NCBI GenBank assembly: GCA_012959275.1
Contig: DUDM01000050.1
Location: 9,485-73,484, forward strand
Direction: 5' to 3'
Length of the DNA stretch: 64,000 nt
Origin: Candidatus Poseidoniales archaeon
GTDB lineage: Archaea > Thermoplasmatota > Poseidoniia > Poseidoniales > Poseidoniaceae
Shown here piece by piece: positions 26,030 to 35,800 of the stretch. Numbering within the stretch: the first letter of the stretch is position 1; the number at the start of each line of letters is the position of its first letter. Under the pieces are notes generated by a model. The model made no database searches, was not told where the DNA came from, and saw nothing but the letters and a program-made list of their open reading frames with translations. Made by a program: the position numbers and the translations under genes.

Positions 26030-28507
26030 ATGAGAGAGACCTTTATTGAATCAATCGGGGGATGGATTTTGGAAGCAGGGCGCGCTCAGAGAATCCTTGT
26101 TTTAATTGCGCTATCATGCTTGATTTTTCCCACAGTAATTGCAACATCGCCAAGTGGTTTAGGATATGTGGGGGTGTTCACCCCTGGCCAACATAATTTG
26201 GATAATACTTGGTCTGTAGCACTGTCGCCAGATGGATATGTATTAGCAACTGGTACTGACCGATCCCTCGTTTTAATGAACATGACAGATAGGTCAACAA
26301 TCAACAAGGTTGAACTTGTAGATACTCCAACTGTATTAGCCTTCACACCTGATGGCAACTACCTTGTAGCGGGTCTTCTATCCGCAAGTGCCCAAACTGT
26401 CTCGATTAAGGTTTTTGAAGTTGACACAATGCTGAGTGTAGGTAATGATTTCACGAATGGAATGAATCCAAAATCAATCGCTATCAGTACTGATGGTAGT
26501 CGGGTCTTAATTCAAGATCAATATAGAGGCGCATTCGAATTATCTTTGCCCGATTTGGATATTCTTGGACATTTAGAAGGTAGTCATGATGATACTGTTT
26601 CCTGTGTTGGATACGGTAAAAACGATGAGACCTTGATGACTGGTGGAGTAGATGGAAAATTAATATTGTGGGATGCCACCGATTACAGCCAAAGTAGTAG
26701 CATAGAAAATCATGCTGAATCCATACAAGATTGTACGATTTCACCAGATGGGGAAATTATTTCAATTTTGGACGAAAAAGGAGTTATGAGGAGTTATGAT
26801 AGAAGTGGAAACTCAATTCAAGATTCAAAATTCGACTTCCTCAAAGCGATTGAAATGGAATGGTCAGTAGATGGGAAATACCTTTTCGTTTTAGAATCAT
26901 TCCTATCACCATCAATTCATAAAATTAGAGTATCGGATTGGAGTTTTATTGAAATTACCCAAATGCACCATAAAGCGATAGATTTCACCATCTCGGAAGA
27001 CGGACAAAGTATTATCGTCAGTACTGGCACTACCCATTTAGCAATATATCAATCCAACTACATTGCCCCCGGTCACGGACAAGAAGGGGCAGATTTTGAT
27101 GAAGATGGAGTTCCTGACATTTTGGATATCGATGATGATGGAGATGGAATTTCTGATCTTTATGATATTCATTGCCCAGAAGGTGAAAACTGCGCTCTTT
27201 ATCCTAATGAAGACTATTTGAGAAATGTTGAATTAAATATTAAAGAAGGAGTGCTTGAAGTCCACGATACTATTTCATTTTCCAAATACGACTCAAGTGC
27301 ATTAAGAAATCTCACATCAACATTGTTGATTGACGACCGAAGGATTACTCCTGAGGAATTAACTTGGATGACAGGAGCTATGTGTGATAATATTGTTTCA
27401 AGAGAAGTAGTAGAGTCATGGAGAGTCTTACTTTCTTTAGAGGGGGCAGAATTGGGTGAAGGTGAAATGAGTTGTGGCTCAGTACAAGGTATGTCAACAG
27501 CATCATTAGAGGACTATAGTGCAAGGGCTTCCTTTACGTGGACTACAACTTTTCAGTTATATGGCCAACCTGTTGCGCCTTACAATATTACGATTAAAGG
27601 TATGTTGGAAGCCCCAACAGGTAGTTCAGCGGTTATCTCGGCTCAATTCCCTGTGTTAATTTCCTTCAGCGACTCATTGGCAGTAGATGAGTCAGATATT
27701 ATTTGGCAGAGAAGTAATAGTTTTACAACCGCGTTCATGGATGTAATACCTCCTGAAGAGCCCGGTATCGGTGCCATACTCGTTGCATTTATTTCCGTAA
27801 ATGGTTGGGTCGGCCTGCTATTTATGTTTTCATCAGTTCTTTTTGTTGGAATCATATTCAAACAAAAAAAGGAAATACAAATGAAACTATTAGACTCAGA
27901 ACTTCAAGAAAATAAACTCAAGAAAGAAGAGGAATCTGAAGAAGAATTCGATGATTATTATCCAGAAACTGAGGAAGAAGAAATAGAAGAAGAAATAGAA
28001 GAAACATGGTCAAATGAATCTCAATCCACCCCACCTAAACCAAAGCGAGGTCCACCTCGTGCTTCCACTCGCAGGGCCTCAAAGATGCCAATTTCAACTC
28101 CCGTTAAGGCAGTAAAGACCCGTCGTAGAAGAGTAAGTTCCGAGCAACCAAAAGGCTCCAAGAGAGTCTCTCTGAGCGAAGTTACAGAGGAAGAAGAATA
28201 CTCCTCTGATGATGACTATAATTATGGCCTAGATGGCGTCTATCACGACCCTAATTGGGAAACTGATTATGGGCAAGTTGAGATTACAACAAAGGTTCGC
28301 AAGGTGATTAAACAAGAATCTCCTGAAAAACCAGTATCAAAAGGTAGAAGAAAGGTAAAGAGAAAAAATAAGACAGGATCAAAAAAGGAGAAAATCACTA
28401 AACCGAAAGAACAGTCCCCTGAGAAATCACATAATGATGATGATGATGATGATGATGATGCTATGGATAAAGCATTGGGGATGTTGACAGGTAGTTCCCC
28501 AAAGTGA
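26030..28507 (+). CDS. Large surface protein with signal anchor, beta-propeller (WD40/PD40-like), TSP3-like Ca-binding repeats, a C-terminal TM helix and a charged tail
   Basis: Repeated xSPDG/TPDG/STDG/SEDG blades and GGVDGKLILWD. DFDEDGVPDILDIDDDGDGISDLYD. TM helix GIGAILVAFISVNGWVGLLFMFSSVLFVGIIF. K/E-rich tail ending in D8. Start placed at ATG 26030. Confidence 0.75.
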   Translation: MRETFIESIGGWILEAGRAQRILVLIALSCLIFPTVIATSPSGLGYVGVFTPGQHNLDNTWSVALSPDGYVLATGTDRSLVLMNMTDRSTINKVELVDTPTVLAFTPDGNYLVAGLLSASAQTVSIKVFEVDTMLSVGNDFTNGMNPKSIAISTDGSRVLIQDQYRGAFELSLPDLDILGHLEGSHDDTVSCVGYGKNDETLMTGGVDGKLILWDATDYSQSSSIENHAESIQDCTISPDGEIISILDEKGVMRSYDRSGNSIQDSKFDFLKAIEMEWSVDGKYLFVLESFLSPSIHKIRVSDWSFIEITQMHHKAIDFTISEDGQSIIVSTGTTHLAIYQSNYIAPGHGQEGADFDEDGVPDILDIDDDGDGISDLYDIHCPEGENCALYPNEDYLRNVELNIKEGVLEVHDTISFSKYDSSALRNLTSTLLIDDRRITPEELTWMTGAMCDNIVSREVVESWRVLLSLEGAELGEGEMSCGSVQGMSTASLEDYSARASFTWTTTFQLYGQPVAPYNITIKGMLEAPTGSSAVISAQFPVLISFSDSLAVDESDIIWQRSNSFTTAFMDVIPPEEPGIGAILVAFISVNGWVGLLFMFSSVLFVGIIFKQKKEIQMKLLDSELQENKLKKEEESEEEFDDYYPETEEEEIEEEIEETWSNESQSTPPKPKRGPPRASTRRASKMPISTPVKAVKTRRRRVSSEQPKGSKRVSLSEVTEEEEYSSDDDYNYGLDGVYHDPNWETDYGQVEITTKVRKVIKQESPEKPVSKGRRKVKRKNKTGSKKEKITKPKEQSPEKSHNDDDDDDDDAMDKALGMLTGSSPK
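28436..28459. repeat. (GAT)8 microsatellite encoding Asp8
   Basis: A perfect gatgatgat... run lies within the tail of CDS 26030-28507. Confidence 0.9.
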
Positions 28508-29305
28508 TTATACTGCGATGAAATTTGGATTATCTTCTATTCCTAAGACTTCAGAAATGAATAATTTCAATCCTAATTCTGCTTCTTCATCTAAATCAAA
28601 CAGTACTTCTTCAAAATATTTCTCTACTCTTTTTATCGAAAAAGAACTTCGTTCACAACTTTCAGCAATTATTTTTTTACGAAGGCCACTCTCATTGAAT
28701 GAATTTTTTGCAACTAACAAGTCGCTCAATGCACTTTCCACCATCTTAAGGGGTGCATCCACATGGGCAGCAAAAACCGCAAAGACCATCGGAAATCCAG
28801 TCGCATCTTTCCATGCCTTACCTAAGTCCATCCTGACTAATTCGGGATGCATTCGAGCCTGATGTAATGCTCTATCGCCAATGAGCAAGGCTCCATCACA
28901 ACGATCAAGCATGCTTTCTAAATCAGGCCCCATTTGTACAGGGCGCGGGTCAAATCCTTGCTTGTTCAATAAGTATATCAGCAACCTTCGAGAAGTGGCA
29001 GAATCCGTGGGTAAAGCAACATCACGCATATCTTTAATCTCTCGGTGGCCGAATAAGAGGACACTGCCAACGGGTCCATCAGAAATAATTCCCAACTTTG
29101 GTAGTAAAATCAATTTCTCTCGGTTAAGAGCCCAATCGGCGGCTGGAATAGGCGCAATGAGGCAATCTTTCCTAAGTAGATGGCCTGTAAGCCAAGCCGG
29201 TGGTGCAGCCAATATTTTCCATTTTTCAGCCAACCCATAATACAAAGGATCACAGTTTAGGAAGGCTACTCTGCCAATAGTTTTCTGCCAAGTTTGAATC
29301 TCCAT
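28508..29305 (-). CDS. mqnA: Chorismate dehydratase (futalosine pathway, MqnA-like)
   Basis: IGRVAFLNCDPLYYGL...LLRKDCLIAPIPAADW matches the MqnA consensus (G.I.YLN..P...L..G.lD.alip). Confidence 0.7.
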   Translation of the reverse strand: MEIQTWQKTIGRVAFLNCDPLYYGLAEKWKILAAPPAWLTGHLLRKDCLIAPIPAADWALNREKLILLPKLGIISDGPVGSVLLFGHREIKDMRDVALPTDSATSRRLLIYLLNKQGFDPRPVQMGPDLESMLDRCDGALLIGDRALHQARMHPELVRMDLGKAWKDATGFPMVFAVFAAHVDAPLKMVESALSDLLVAKNSFNESGLRKKIIAESCERSSFSIKRVEKYFEEVLFDLDEEAELGLKLFISEVLGIEDNPNFIAV

Positions 29306-29309
29306 ATTA

Positions 29310-30452
29310 TCACTTGGCCATGTTTAATCTATGAACTGAAGAAGGTGATTTTATTTCTATTGGCTTGAATTTAGAATACACCGTATCTCGTCGGATTGGC
29401 ACTCCCCCTGCCCTCCTAACTAATCTGCATAATTCATCAATACCAAAATCAAGTTGGGCTGTTGAACCTGCAAGATGCATAATCGATTCCTGTATGACAG
29501 TACCATCAATATCATCAGCCCCAACTGATATTGCTAACTCTGCTATTTCATCCCCGATATTCATTCGATATGCCTTGATATGAGGGATATTGTCCAACAT
29601 CAAACGACTCACCGCAATCATTCTTAGAATTTCGTTGGCACTGCTTAGTTGAGCTTCTGGGAGCCTAGATGAATCCGGTAAGAAGGGATATGGTACGAAA
29701 CATTGGAAACCACCCGTTTTATCCTGTTGGCATCGCAATTTGTCGAGATGGATGATTCTTTCTTCTGGCGTTTCAACAGTTCCAAATAACATGGTGCAAT
29801 TTGTAGGCATTCCGAGAGTATGAGCAATTCCATGGATATCGAGATATTCCTGACTACTTTCTTTTCCTTTGCAAATTTTATCTCTGACCGAGTCAACTAA
29901 AATTTCGGCTCCACCACCAGGTATACTCCCAAGGCCAGATTGTTTTAATTGTCGGATAGTTTCTTTGAAACTCTCTCCAGAAATGGTGGCTATATGCTTT
30001 ATTTCTACCGCTGTCAAGGCTTTGATTGTTATACTAGGGAATCTGTTTTTTGTTTGTTCAAATAAGTTGCAGTAGTACCCTAAGTTCCACTCTGGGTGTA
30101 ATCCGCCAACGGAATGAACTTCATCTACTATTTCAGCAAAGGGTTCAATTTGCGAGATGTAGCTGTTAGTGTCCAGTGCATATGCATCATCGGCCCTCTT
30201 GCCTCTTCGAAAGGCGCAAAACTTGCATGCCAAGACGCAGATATTAGATTGGTTAACGTGAATATTTACATTAAAAAATATATTTTCTCCGTATCTTGCT
30301 TTCTTATCTAAATTAGCAATTTCCAAAACCCCATTCAAGTTTGGATGCTTCAATAATGCTAAACCCTGAATAATGCTTAATCTTTGACCCTTGATTAAGT
30401 CGCTAATAATTGGATTAAGGATTTCATCCTCTATCAGCATCGACTTCAGCAT
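29310..30452 (-). CDS. Radical SAM enzyme of the MqnC/MqnE (CofG/CofH-like) family
   Basis: NQSNICVLACKFCAFRR is a CxxxCxxC-type cluster motif (here C-x5-C-x2-C). The gene lies 4 nt upstream of mqnA. MqnC and MqnE cannot be separated by eye. The longer ORF starts with TTG. Confidence 0.7.
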   Translation of the reverse strand: MLKSMLIEDEILNPIISDLIKGQRLSIIQGLALLKHPNLNGVLEIANLDKKARYGENIFFNVNIHVNQSNICVLACKFCAFRRGKRADDAYALDTNSYISQIEPFAEIVDEVHSVGGLHPEWNLGYYCNLFEQTKNRFPSITIKALTAVEIKHIATISGESFKETIRQLKQSGLGSIPGGGAEILVDSVRDKICKGKESSQEYLDIHGIAHTLGMPTNCTMLFGTVETPEERIIHLDKLRCQQDKTGGFQCFVPYPFLPDSSRLPEAQLSSANEILRMIAVSRLMLDNIPHIKAYRMNIGDEIAELAISVGADDIDGTVIQESIMHLAGSTAQLDFGIDELCRLVRRAGGVPIRRDTVYSKFKPIEIKSPSSVHRLNMAK

Positions 30453-30557
30453 TGATGAACGCCGTTGAAGCCAATCATCAGCCAGTCCAAATGCTCCCAA
30501 TGCTTACCCTCAGTCAATAGCCTGAGTAGTTTAGAGATGAATGCTTTGGCTATCCAA

Positions 30558-33494
30558 TTACTTACGAGTTAAGGGGAGTGATTCTAACTTTGCCTTCAAG
30601 ACCCCTTCTTTTAGCATCACTTTCCGGAATTCCTCCATCCATAATACCGAGGATGAAATTGCCAATAAAACCAGCCATGTACTCCAATTCAAAAAGCGAG
30701 TCGACAATAATGAGCCTATTTCCAAACCTGAAAAGGGAATGGTAAATGTTGCATATTGCACTACAAATAATAAGAAACTAGTGCAAAATACCATCGAGTA
30801 ATTTATTGCTTTATTACTGAAAATTCCTAAGGTAAAGACGCTTTCTGCGACACTCCTGCAATTCATGACATTAAATAATTGGAATAAAACAAAGACAGCG
30901 AAAGCGGCAGTTCTAGCAACCTCAAATTTTTCTTTTGACCATAACTCCCAAGTCTCTTCATTGCAAACACCTGAATCTGAAGCTGCAACTTCCCCCTGAT
31001 ATATCACATCCCCTTTGTCAAAGAAACCCTTCGTGCAAGGTTCTTGTGTCATCACGTGCCCATCTGCAATGTAGAAGACAGTCAGGGTCCCTACCAGCAT
31101 TATTGCTCCCATCCACATAATCAGTGCCATATCTATGAGATTTGGTAATCCTTCGGTCAAGGGCTTCGGTGGAACTTGCATCACTTTTCCATGCTTCTTT
31201 TCTACTCCAAGGGCAACTGCTGGTGGTCCATCCATCAAGATATTAATGACTAAAATTTGAGTTGCTGTAAAGGGGAGTTCCCATCCGAATACAAAGGTTG
31301 AGAGAATAATAATTGCTACGGCAGCCACATTCGTGGATATTTGATAACGCACAAAGTTCCGGATATTTTGGTAGATTTTTCTACCTTCTTCTACGGCCTT
31401 AACAATATTGGAAAAATTATCATCCTGAAGAACCATGTCTGCAGCATCCTTTGCTACATCTGTTCCAGCCATACCCATTGCAATGCCGATATTGGCTTTT
31501 GCTAATGCAGGTGCATCATTGACTCCATCTCCAGTCATCGCAACAACTTCTCCACGGTTTTGCAATGCAGTTACAATTCTCATTTTTTGGTCGGGTGTGA
31601 CTCGGTGATAAACATCGATATCCCCCACAATAGAGACTAAATCTTCATCACTCATTTCCATTAGTCTGTACCCGCTTAGCGACTCAGAGTGTGCCTTTGC
31701 AATCCCTAAATTCTTTCCAATTGCTAGTGCAGTTGTTTCTTGATCACCTGTAATCATCTTTACTACGATACCCGCAACCTTACAAGTTGCAATTGCATTC
31801 TTCACTTCTGGACGAGGCGGGTCCATTATCCCCACCAAACCAAGGAATGTAAGGTCCTTTTCCATCTCTTCCATATTCAAAATGTCTTCATCATCACCTA
31901 CTTTTCTACCGCAAAGTGCTAGAACTCGCATTGCTTCAGCAGCCATTTCTTTATTTGCTTTGTAAATTCTATCGATATCGCCGTCTTGTACTTCTTTTCT
32001 CAAACCATCTTCTATGATGTGCGTAACTAAGTTTCTATATCCACCGGCTGCACCTTTAGAAAATAACCATTTTTCGCCATTGAAGTTTTGAACCGTAGAC
32101 ATTCTTTTCCGTACTGCATCAAAGAAGAATTCATATTCCCGAGGGTTCTTTTGAGCCATTTCCTCAAGGTTCCCATGAATTTTCCAACCAAAGACTGCAC
32201 AGGCCGAATCTGTTGGGTCACCAATCGCCTCCCATTGCCCATCGAATTTATGAATAGTACTATTATGGCAAAGAGCAGCACAAGTTGAGGCTAGTTTGAA
32301 AGCATCATTTTCTAACGCTATTCCTACTTCCTTTTCTGATAATTTCTTTTCTCCTTGGCTTAATCCACCAATTGTTGGGTCGAATCCCTCGCCGTCGATG
32401 ATGTAATCTGAATCCAATGTAAAAAATCTCTTAACTGTCATTTCATTCTTTGTTAAGGTGCCAGTTTTATCAGAGCAAATGATTGTTGTCGCACCGAGTG
32501 TTTCAACGGCTTTCATTCTTCTAACTATTGCTTTATGTCTTGCCATGTTCCTCATTCCTAAGGCCAATGTGATAACCAATATGATTGGTAATCCTTCTGG
32601 AACAATGGCTACGAATATGGCAATGGCAACAATGAATTGCTCAATCACAACATCGACTAAACTCACATCTGAAGGATTTAGAATTGCTATTGCAAGTTTT
32701 AGTGATACTAAAAGTGCGGCAACAAAAAGCGCGATGAAACCAAGGAATCTACCAAGACTTTCTAATTTTATTTCAAGCGGCGTTTTTGGAGTTTCAGCCT
32801 CGGCAATTCCGCTGGCTATATGTCCTAATTCAGTTTTCATTCCAGTGTTGATGACTAAGCCAACAGCTCTGCCGCGGGAAGCGACCGTTCCCATGAATGC
32901 CATATTTGATTGCTCAGCGAGAATTCTTATTCCAGTCAATGCTTCTACACTTTTACTTACCGTGTCTGATTCACCAGTCAATGCAGATTCATTTATCTTA
33001 AATTGATAGATTTCAATCAAACGAATATCGGCAGGGATATTCAGCCCCTCCTCCATCTTTACGATATCTCCTGGGACTAATTGTTCGGTTGAAATTTCAA
33101 TCTCTCTCCCATCTCGCTCGACGATACAATTGCTTACCGCCATTTGCTTCAGTGCGTCCATCGCCTGCTCTGCTTGTTCTTCTTGCCAAAATCCAAACAC
33201 GGCATTAATAGTTAAAACGAGAAAAATAAAGATGGCATCACCGGGTTCTTGGAAATTATGAATTACCAAGGAAATGACTGCTGCACCCATTAAAAGGAAA
33301 ATCAGTGGATCATTGAATTGGGCAACCAACCTTTTCCACCGAGGGTCTTTTTCAGGTTCTTCTAGGCAGTTTGGCCCATACTTTTCCAAGCGTGATGCTG
33401 CCTCTTTATCTGAAAGCCCATTCTTGTCGCTTGAGAGTCTCTCTAATGCTTCTTCAGCATCTAAAGCGAACCACTCTTCATCCTCATTTAACAT
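30558..33494 (-). CDS. Cation-transporting P-type ATPase, type II (Ca2+-ATPase-like)
   Basis: Motifs DKTGTLT, TGES, MITGDQ, TGDGVNDAPALAKANIGIAMG and an N-terminal GLSDKEAASRLEKYGPN. Start placed at ATG 33494. Confidence 0.88.
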   Translation of the reverse strand: MLNEDEEWFALDAEEALERLSSDKNGLSDKEAASRLEKYGPNCLEEPEKDPRWKRLVAQFNDPLIFLLMGAAVISLVIHNFQEPGDAIFIFLVLTINAVFGFWQEEQAEQAMDALKQMAVSNCIVERDGREIEISTEQLVPGDIVKMEEGLNIPADIRLIEIYQFKINESALTGESDTVSKSVEALTGIRILAEQSNMAFMGTVASRGRAVGLVINTGMKTELGHIASGIAEAETPKTPLEIKLESLGRFLGFIALFVAALLVSLKLAIAILNPSDVSLVDVVIEQFIVAIAIFVAIVPEGLPIILVITLALGMRNMARHKAIVRRMKAVETLGATTIICSDKTGTLTKNEMTVKRFFTLDSDYIIDGEGFDPTIGGLSQGEKKLSEKEVGIALENDAFKLASTCAALCHNSTIHKFDGQWEAIGDPTDSACAVFGWKIHGNLEEMAQKNPREYEFFFDAVRKRMSTVQNFNGEKWLFSKGAAGGYRNLVTHIIEDGLRKEVQDGDIDRIYKANKEMAAEAMRVLALCGRKVGDDEDILNMEEMEKDLTFLGLVGIMDPPRPEVKNAIATCKVAGIVVKMITGDQETTALAIGKNLGIAKAHSESLSGYRLMEMSDEDLVSIVGDIDVYHRVTPDQKMRIVTALQNRGEVVAMTGDGVNDAPALAKANIGIAMGMAGTDVAKDAADMVLQDDNFSNIVKAVEEGRKIYQNIRNFVRYQISTNVAAVAIIILSTFVFGWELPFTATQILVINILMDGPPAVALGVEKKHGKVMQVPPKPLTEGLPNLIDMALIMWMGAIMLVGTLTVFYIADGHVMTQEPCTKGFFDKGDVIYQGEVAASDSGVCNEETWELWSKEKFEVARTAAFAVFVLFQLFNVMNCRSVAESVFTLGIFSNKAINYSMVFCTSFLLFVVQYATFTIPFSGLEIGSLLSTRFLNWSTWLVLLAISSSVLWMEEFRKVMLKEGVLKAKLESLPLTRK

Positions 33495-33630
33495 GATTAG
33501 ACACCTGCTGCGTTCCTTTGGTGTTGGTAACAGGGTCATAAGTATGACTAAGATGACCTCAAAAGAGCGGTGGGTATATCTCAACCTCATTAGCGAACCA
33601 TTGACAAGTAGAATCTCTTCGCCATTCGCG

Positions 33631-35718
33631 ATGGGACTGGATTATGAGCCATATGTCTCGGCTGAGAAGGATCTTCCAGAATTAACCCCTCGCGTTATTG
33701 TTATTGGAGTCATTCTTGGGGCTGTTATGACTGCGGCAAATGCCTACTTAGGCATGTTAGTTGGTATGACGGTTAGCGCATCCATACCTGCTGCTGTCAT
33801 GTCAATGCTAATTCTACGCGGATTAAATTTTAAAGATGTTTCAATTCTAGAAAATAATTCTGTTCAAACAATGGCATCTGCTGGAGAAAGTCTTGCTGCC
33901 GGAATTATTTTCACTATCCCTGCGCTTTTAGTGATGGGTGTTTGGTCAGATATTAACTGGTTAGATACTTTCATTATCGCCTTCCTTGGAGGCGTTTTAG
34001 GTTGTATGTTCACCATCGCTCTACGCAAGGTGTTCATCGTTGAAGAAGCCCTCCCCTATCCTGAAGGTGTAGCATGTAAGGAAGTACTTGTTTCCGGTGA
34101 AGAAGGCGGCGGAGGTCTTGTTGCAATCGTTTATGCTCTAATTATTGGTGCTATTTTTGGTTGGGTGGTTAAGGGAATGCACCTAACAAAGCACATGGTT
34201 CACCGAGCCTTTGACTTAGGTGCTGCTAGAGTCTACGTAGGCTCAGAAATGTCGATTGCCTTGTTTTCGGTGGGCTATATTGTAGGGTTAAGAATAGCCT
34301 CCTTCATCTTCTTGGGGGGGGTTTTAGGATTCGGAATTTTAGTTCCTCTATACGGTTTGATAAATGGTTGGCCAGCATTTAAAGTCAACCATTTGGGAGA
34401 AGTCCTCCCCGTTTCACCAACCGAGGCATTCATGATCATTTGGAATGAGCAAATTCGGTTTATTGGAGTGGGGGCAATGGTAGTTGGTGGCGTATACACT
34501 TTGTGGTCTATGCGTAAAACGATTTTAGTTGGTTTCAAGAAAGCGCTTGATTTCAATGATGGTGAGGGAGAAATTCCAATTCGCACCGAATTGGATTTGG
34601 ATATGCGTAAAGTATTGGTTGTTTGTGCTGTAATCACTGTTCTGACATTCTTGTTTTATTGGTGGAAAACAGGGAGTATATTGTTGGCTTTGGTGGGGGC
34701 TGGATTCTTAGCGGTGGCCGCTTTCTTCTTTTCTGCGGTTGCAGGTTATATCGCTGGAGTAGTAGGTTCATCTAATTCTCCTGTTTCGGGAATGACCATT
34801 GCGACTCTCTTATTCACTGCAATATTGGTATGGTTGGTGGGTGATGTTATCCTTGGAATGCCAGAGCAGGATTTAATGTTCGCCACTTTGATTATCGCTG
34901 CCGTTGTTGCTGTTAATGCGGCGATTGCAGGTGATGTAATGCAGGATTTGAAAACGGGGCATATGGTTGGTGCAACCCCTCGCAAACAACAAATCGCGGA
35001 ATTAATCGGTGTTATTGTAGGTGCAATAGTAATCGGGCCTGTGCTCTGGTTGTTGAATAAGGCATTCGTTATTACCAAAACACATTGTTCCCGATTATTG
35101 GCAGAAGGTCAAGACGTTGATTGCGATACTGCATTATTAGCCCCTCAGGCAGAATTGATTGGCTCGATTATTCAAGCGGTATTTGGGGGAAGTCTAAATC
35201 TTCCAATGATCACTTTGGGAGCAATAATTGCAGCCATCATCATTTGGAGAAAAATGCCAGTCATGTCGGTCGCAATTGGGATTTATTTACCACTTAGCCT
35301 TTCTGTACCAATCGTTATTGGAGGTCTTGTCAGCTATGTGGTCATACACTCTGCATATCGAAGAGTTGACGGAGAATTATTGGAAGAACCATCACAGGAA
35401 GCCAAGGATGCAGGCGAAGAGGTATCGGCTCGGGGAGTCTTACTCGGGGCTGGTTTTATTGCTGGAGAATCGCTGATGGGAGTTTTAATTGCCTTCTTTA
35501 TCGTAACTTGGAAGGCCCCGCATAAGTGGTTTGGACTTGGAACACTTGGAGATTTTTGGAGTCTGTTGTTTTATGCTTGGTTTATTGGGGTCTTCATCTT
35601 CCTCGCCACTCGGGCACTGCCAAAGTCTCGTGATGGCTCAAATTTATTGACCGATACAGCGGCTGTTTTGACTGATGGTTGCCGCAAATTCTTGAAGGCA
35701 GTGAAGCCACCGCGATGA
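33631..35718 (+). CDS. OPT-family oligopeptide transporter
   Basis: About 16 hydrophobic segments. The N-terminal ELTPRVIVIGVILGAVMTAANAYLGMLVGMTVSASIPAAVMS is typical of bacterial/archaeal OPT. The upstream 119 codons are antisense to the ATPase gene and were rejected. Confidence 0.72.
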   Translation: MGLDYEPYVSAEKDLPELTPRVIVIGVILGAVMTAANAYLGMLVGMTVSASIPAAVMSMLILRGLNFKDVSILENNSVQTMASAGESLAAGIIFTIPALLVMGVWSDINWLDTFIIAFLGGVLGCMFTIALRKVFIVEEALPYPEGVACKEVLVSGEEGGGGLVAIVYALIIGAIFGWVVKGMHLTKHMVHRAFDLGAARVYVGSEMSIALFSVGYIVGLRIASFIFLGGVLGFGILVPLYGLINGWPAFKVNHLGEVLPVSPTEAFMIIWNEQIRFIGVGAMVVGGVYTLWSMRKTILVGFKKALDFNDGEGEIPIRTELDLDMRKVLVVCAVITVLTFLFYWWKTGSILLALVGAGFLAVAAFFFSAVAGYIAGVVGSSNSPVSGMTIATLLFTAILVWLVGDVILGMPEQDLMFATLIIAAVVAVNAAIAGDVMQDLKTGHMVGATPRKQQIAELIGVIVGAIVIGPVLWLLNKAFVITKTHCSRLLAEGQDVDCDTALLAPQAELIGSIIQAVFGGSLNLPMITLGAIIAAIIIWRKMPVMSVAIGIYLPLSLSVPIVIGGLVSYVVIHSAYRRVDGELLEEPSQEAKDAGEEVSARGVLLGAGFIAGESLMGVLIAFFIVTWKAPHKWFGLGTLGDFWSLLFYAWFIGVFIFLATRALPKSRDGSNLLTDTAAVLTDGCRKFLKAVKPPR

Positions 35719-35800
35719 GCAAATTCACTCTTTGAAACGGATTGCTTGAATGTCAATGTTGAAAGGCTGCCCAGCAAGGCCAACCAACTGAGGCGAATCC

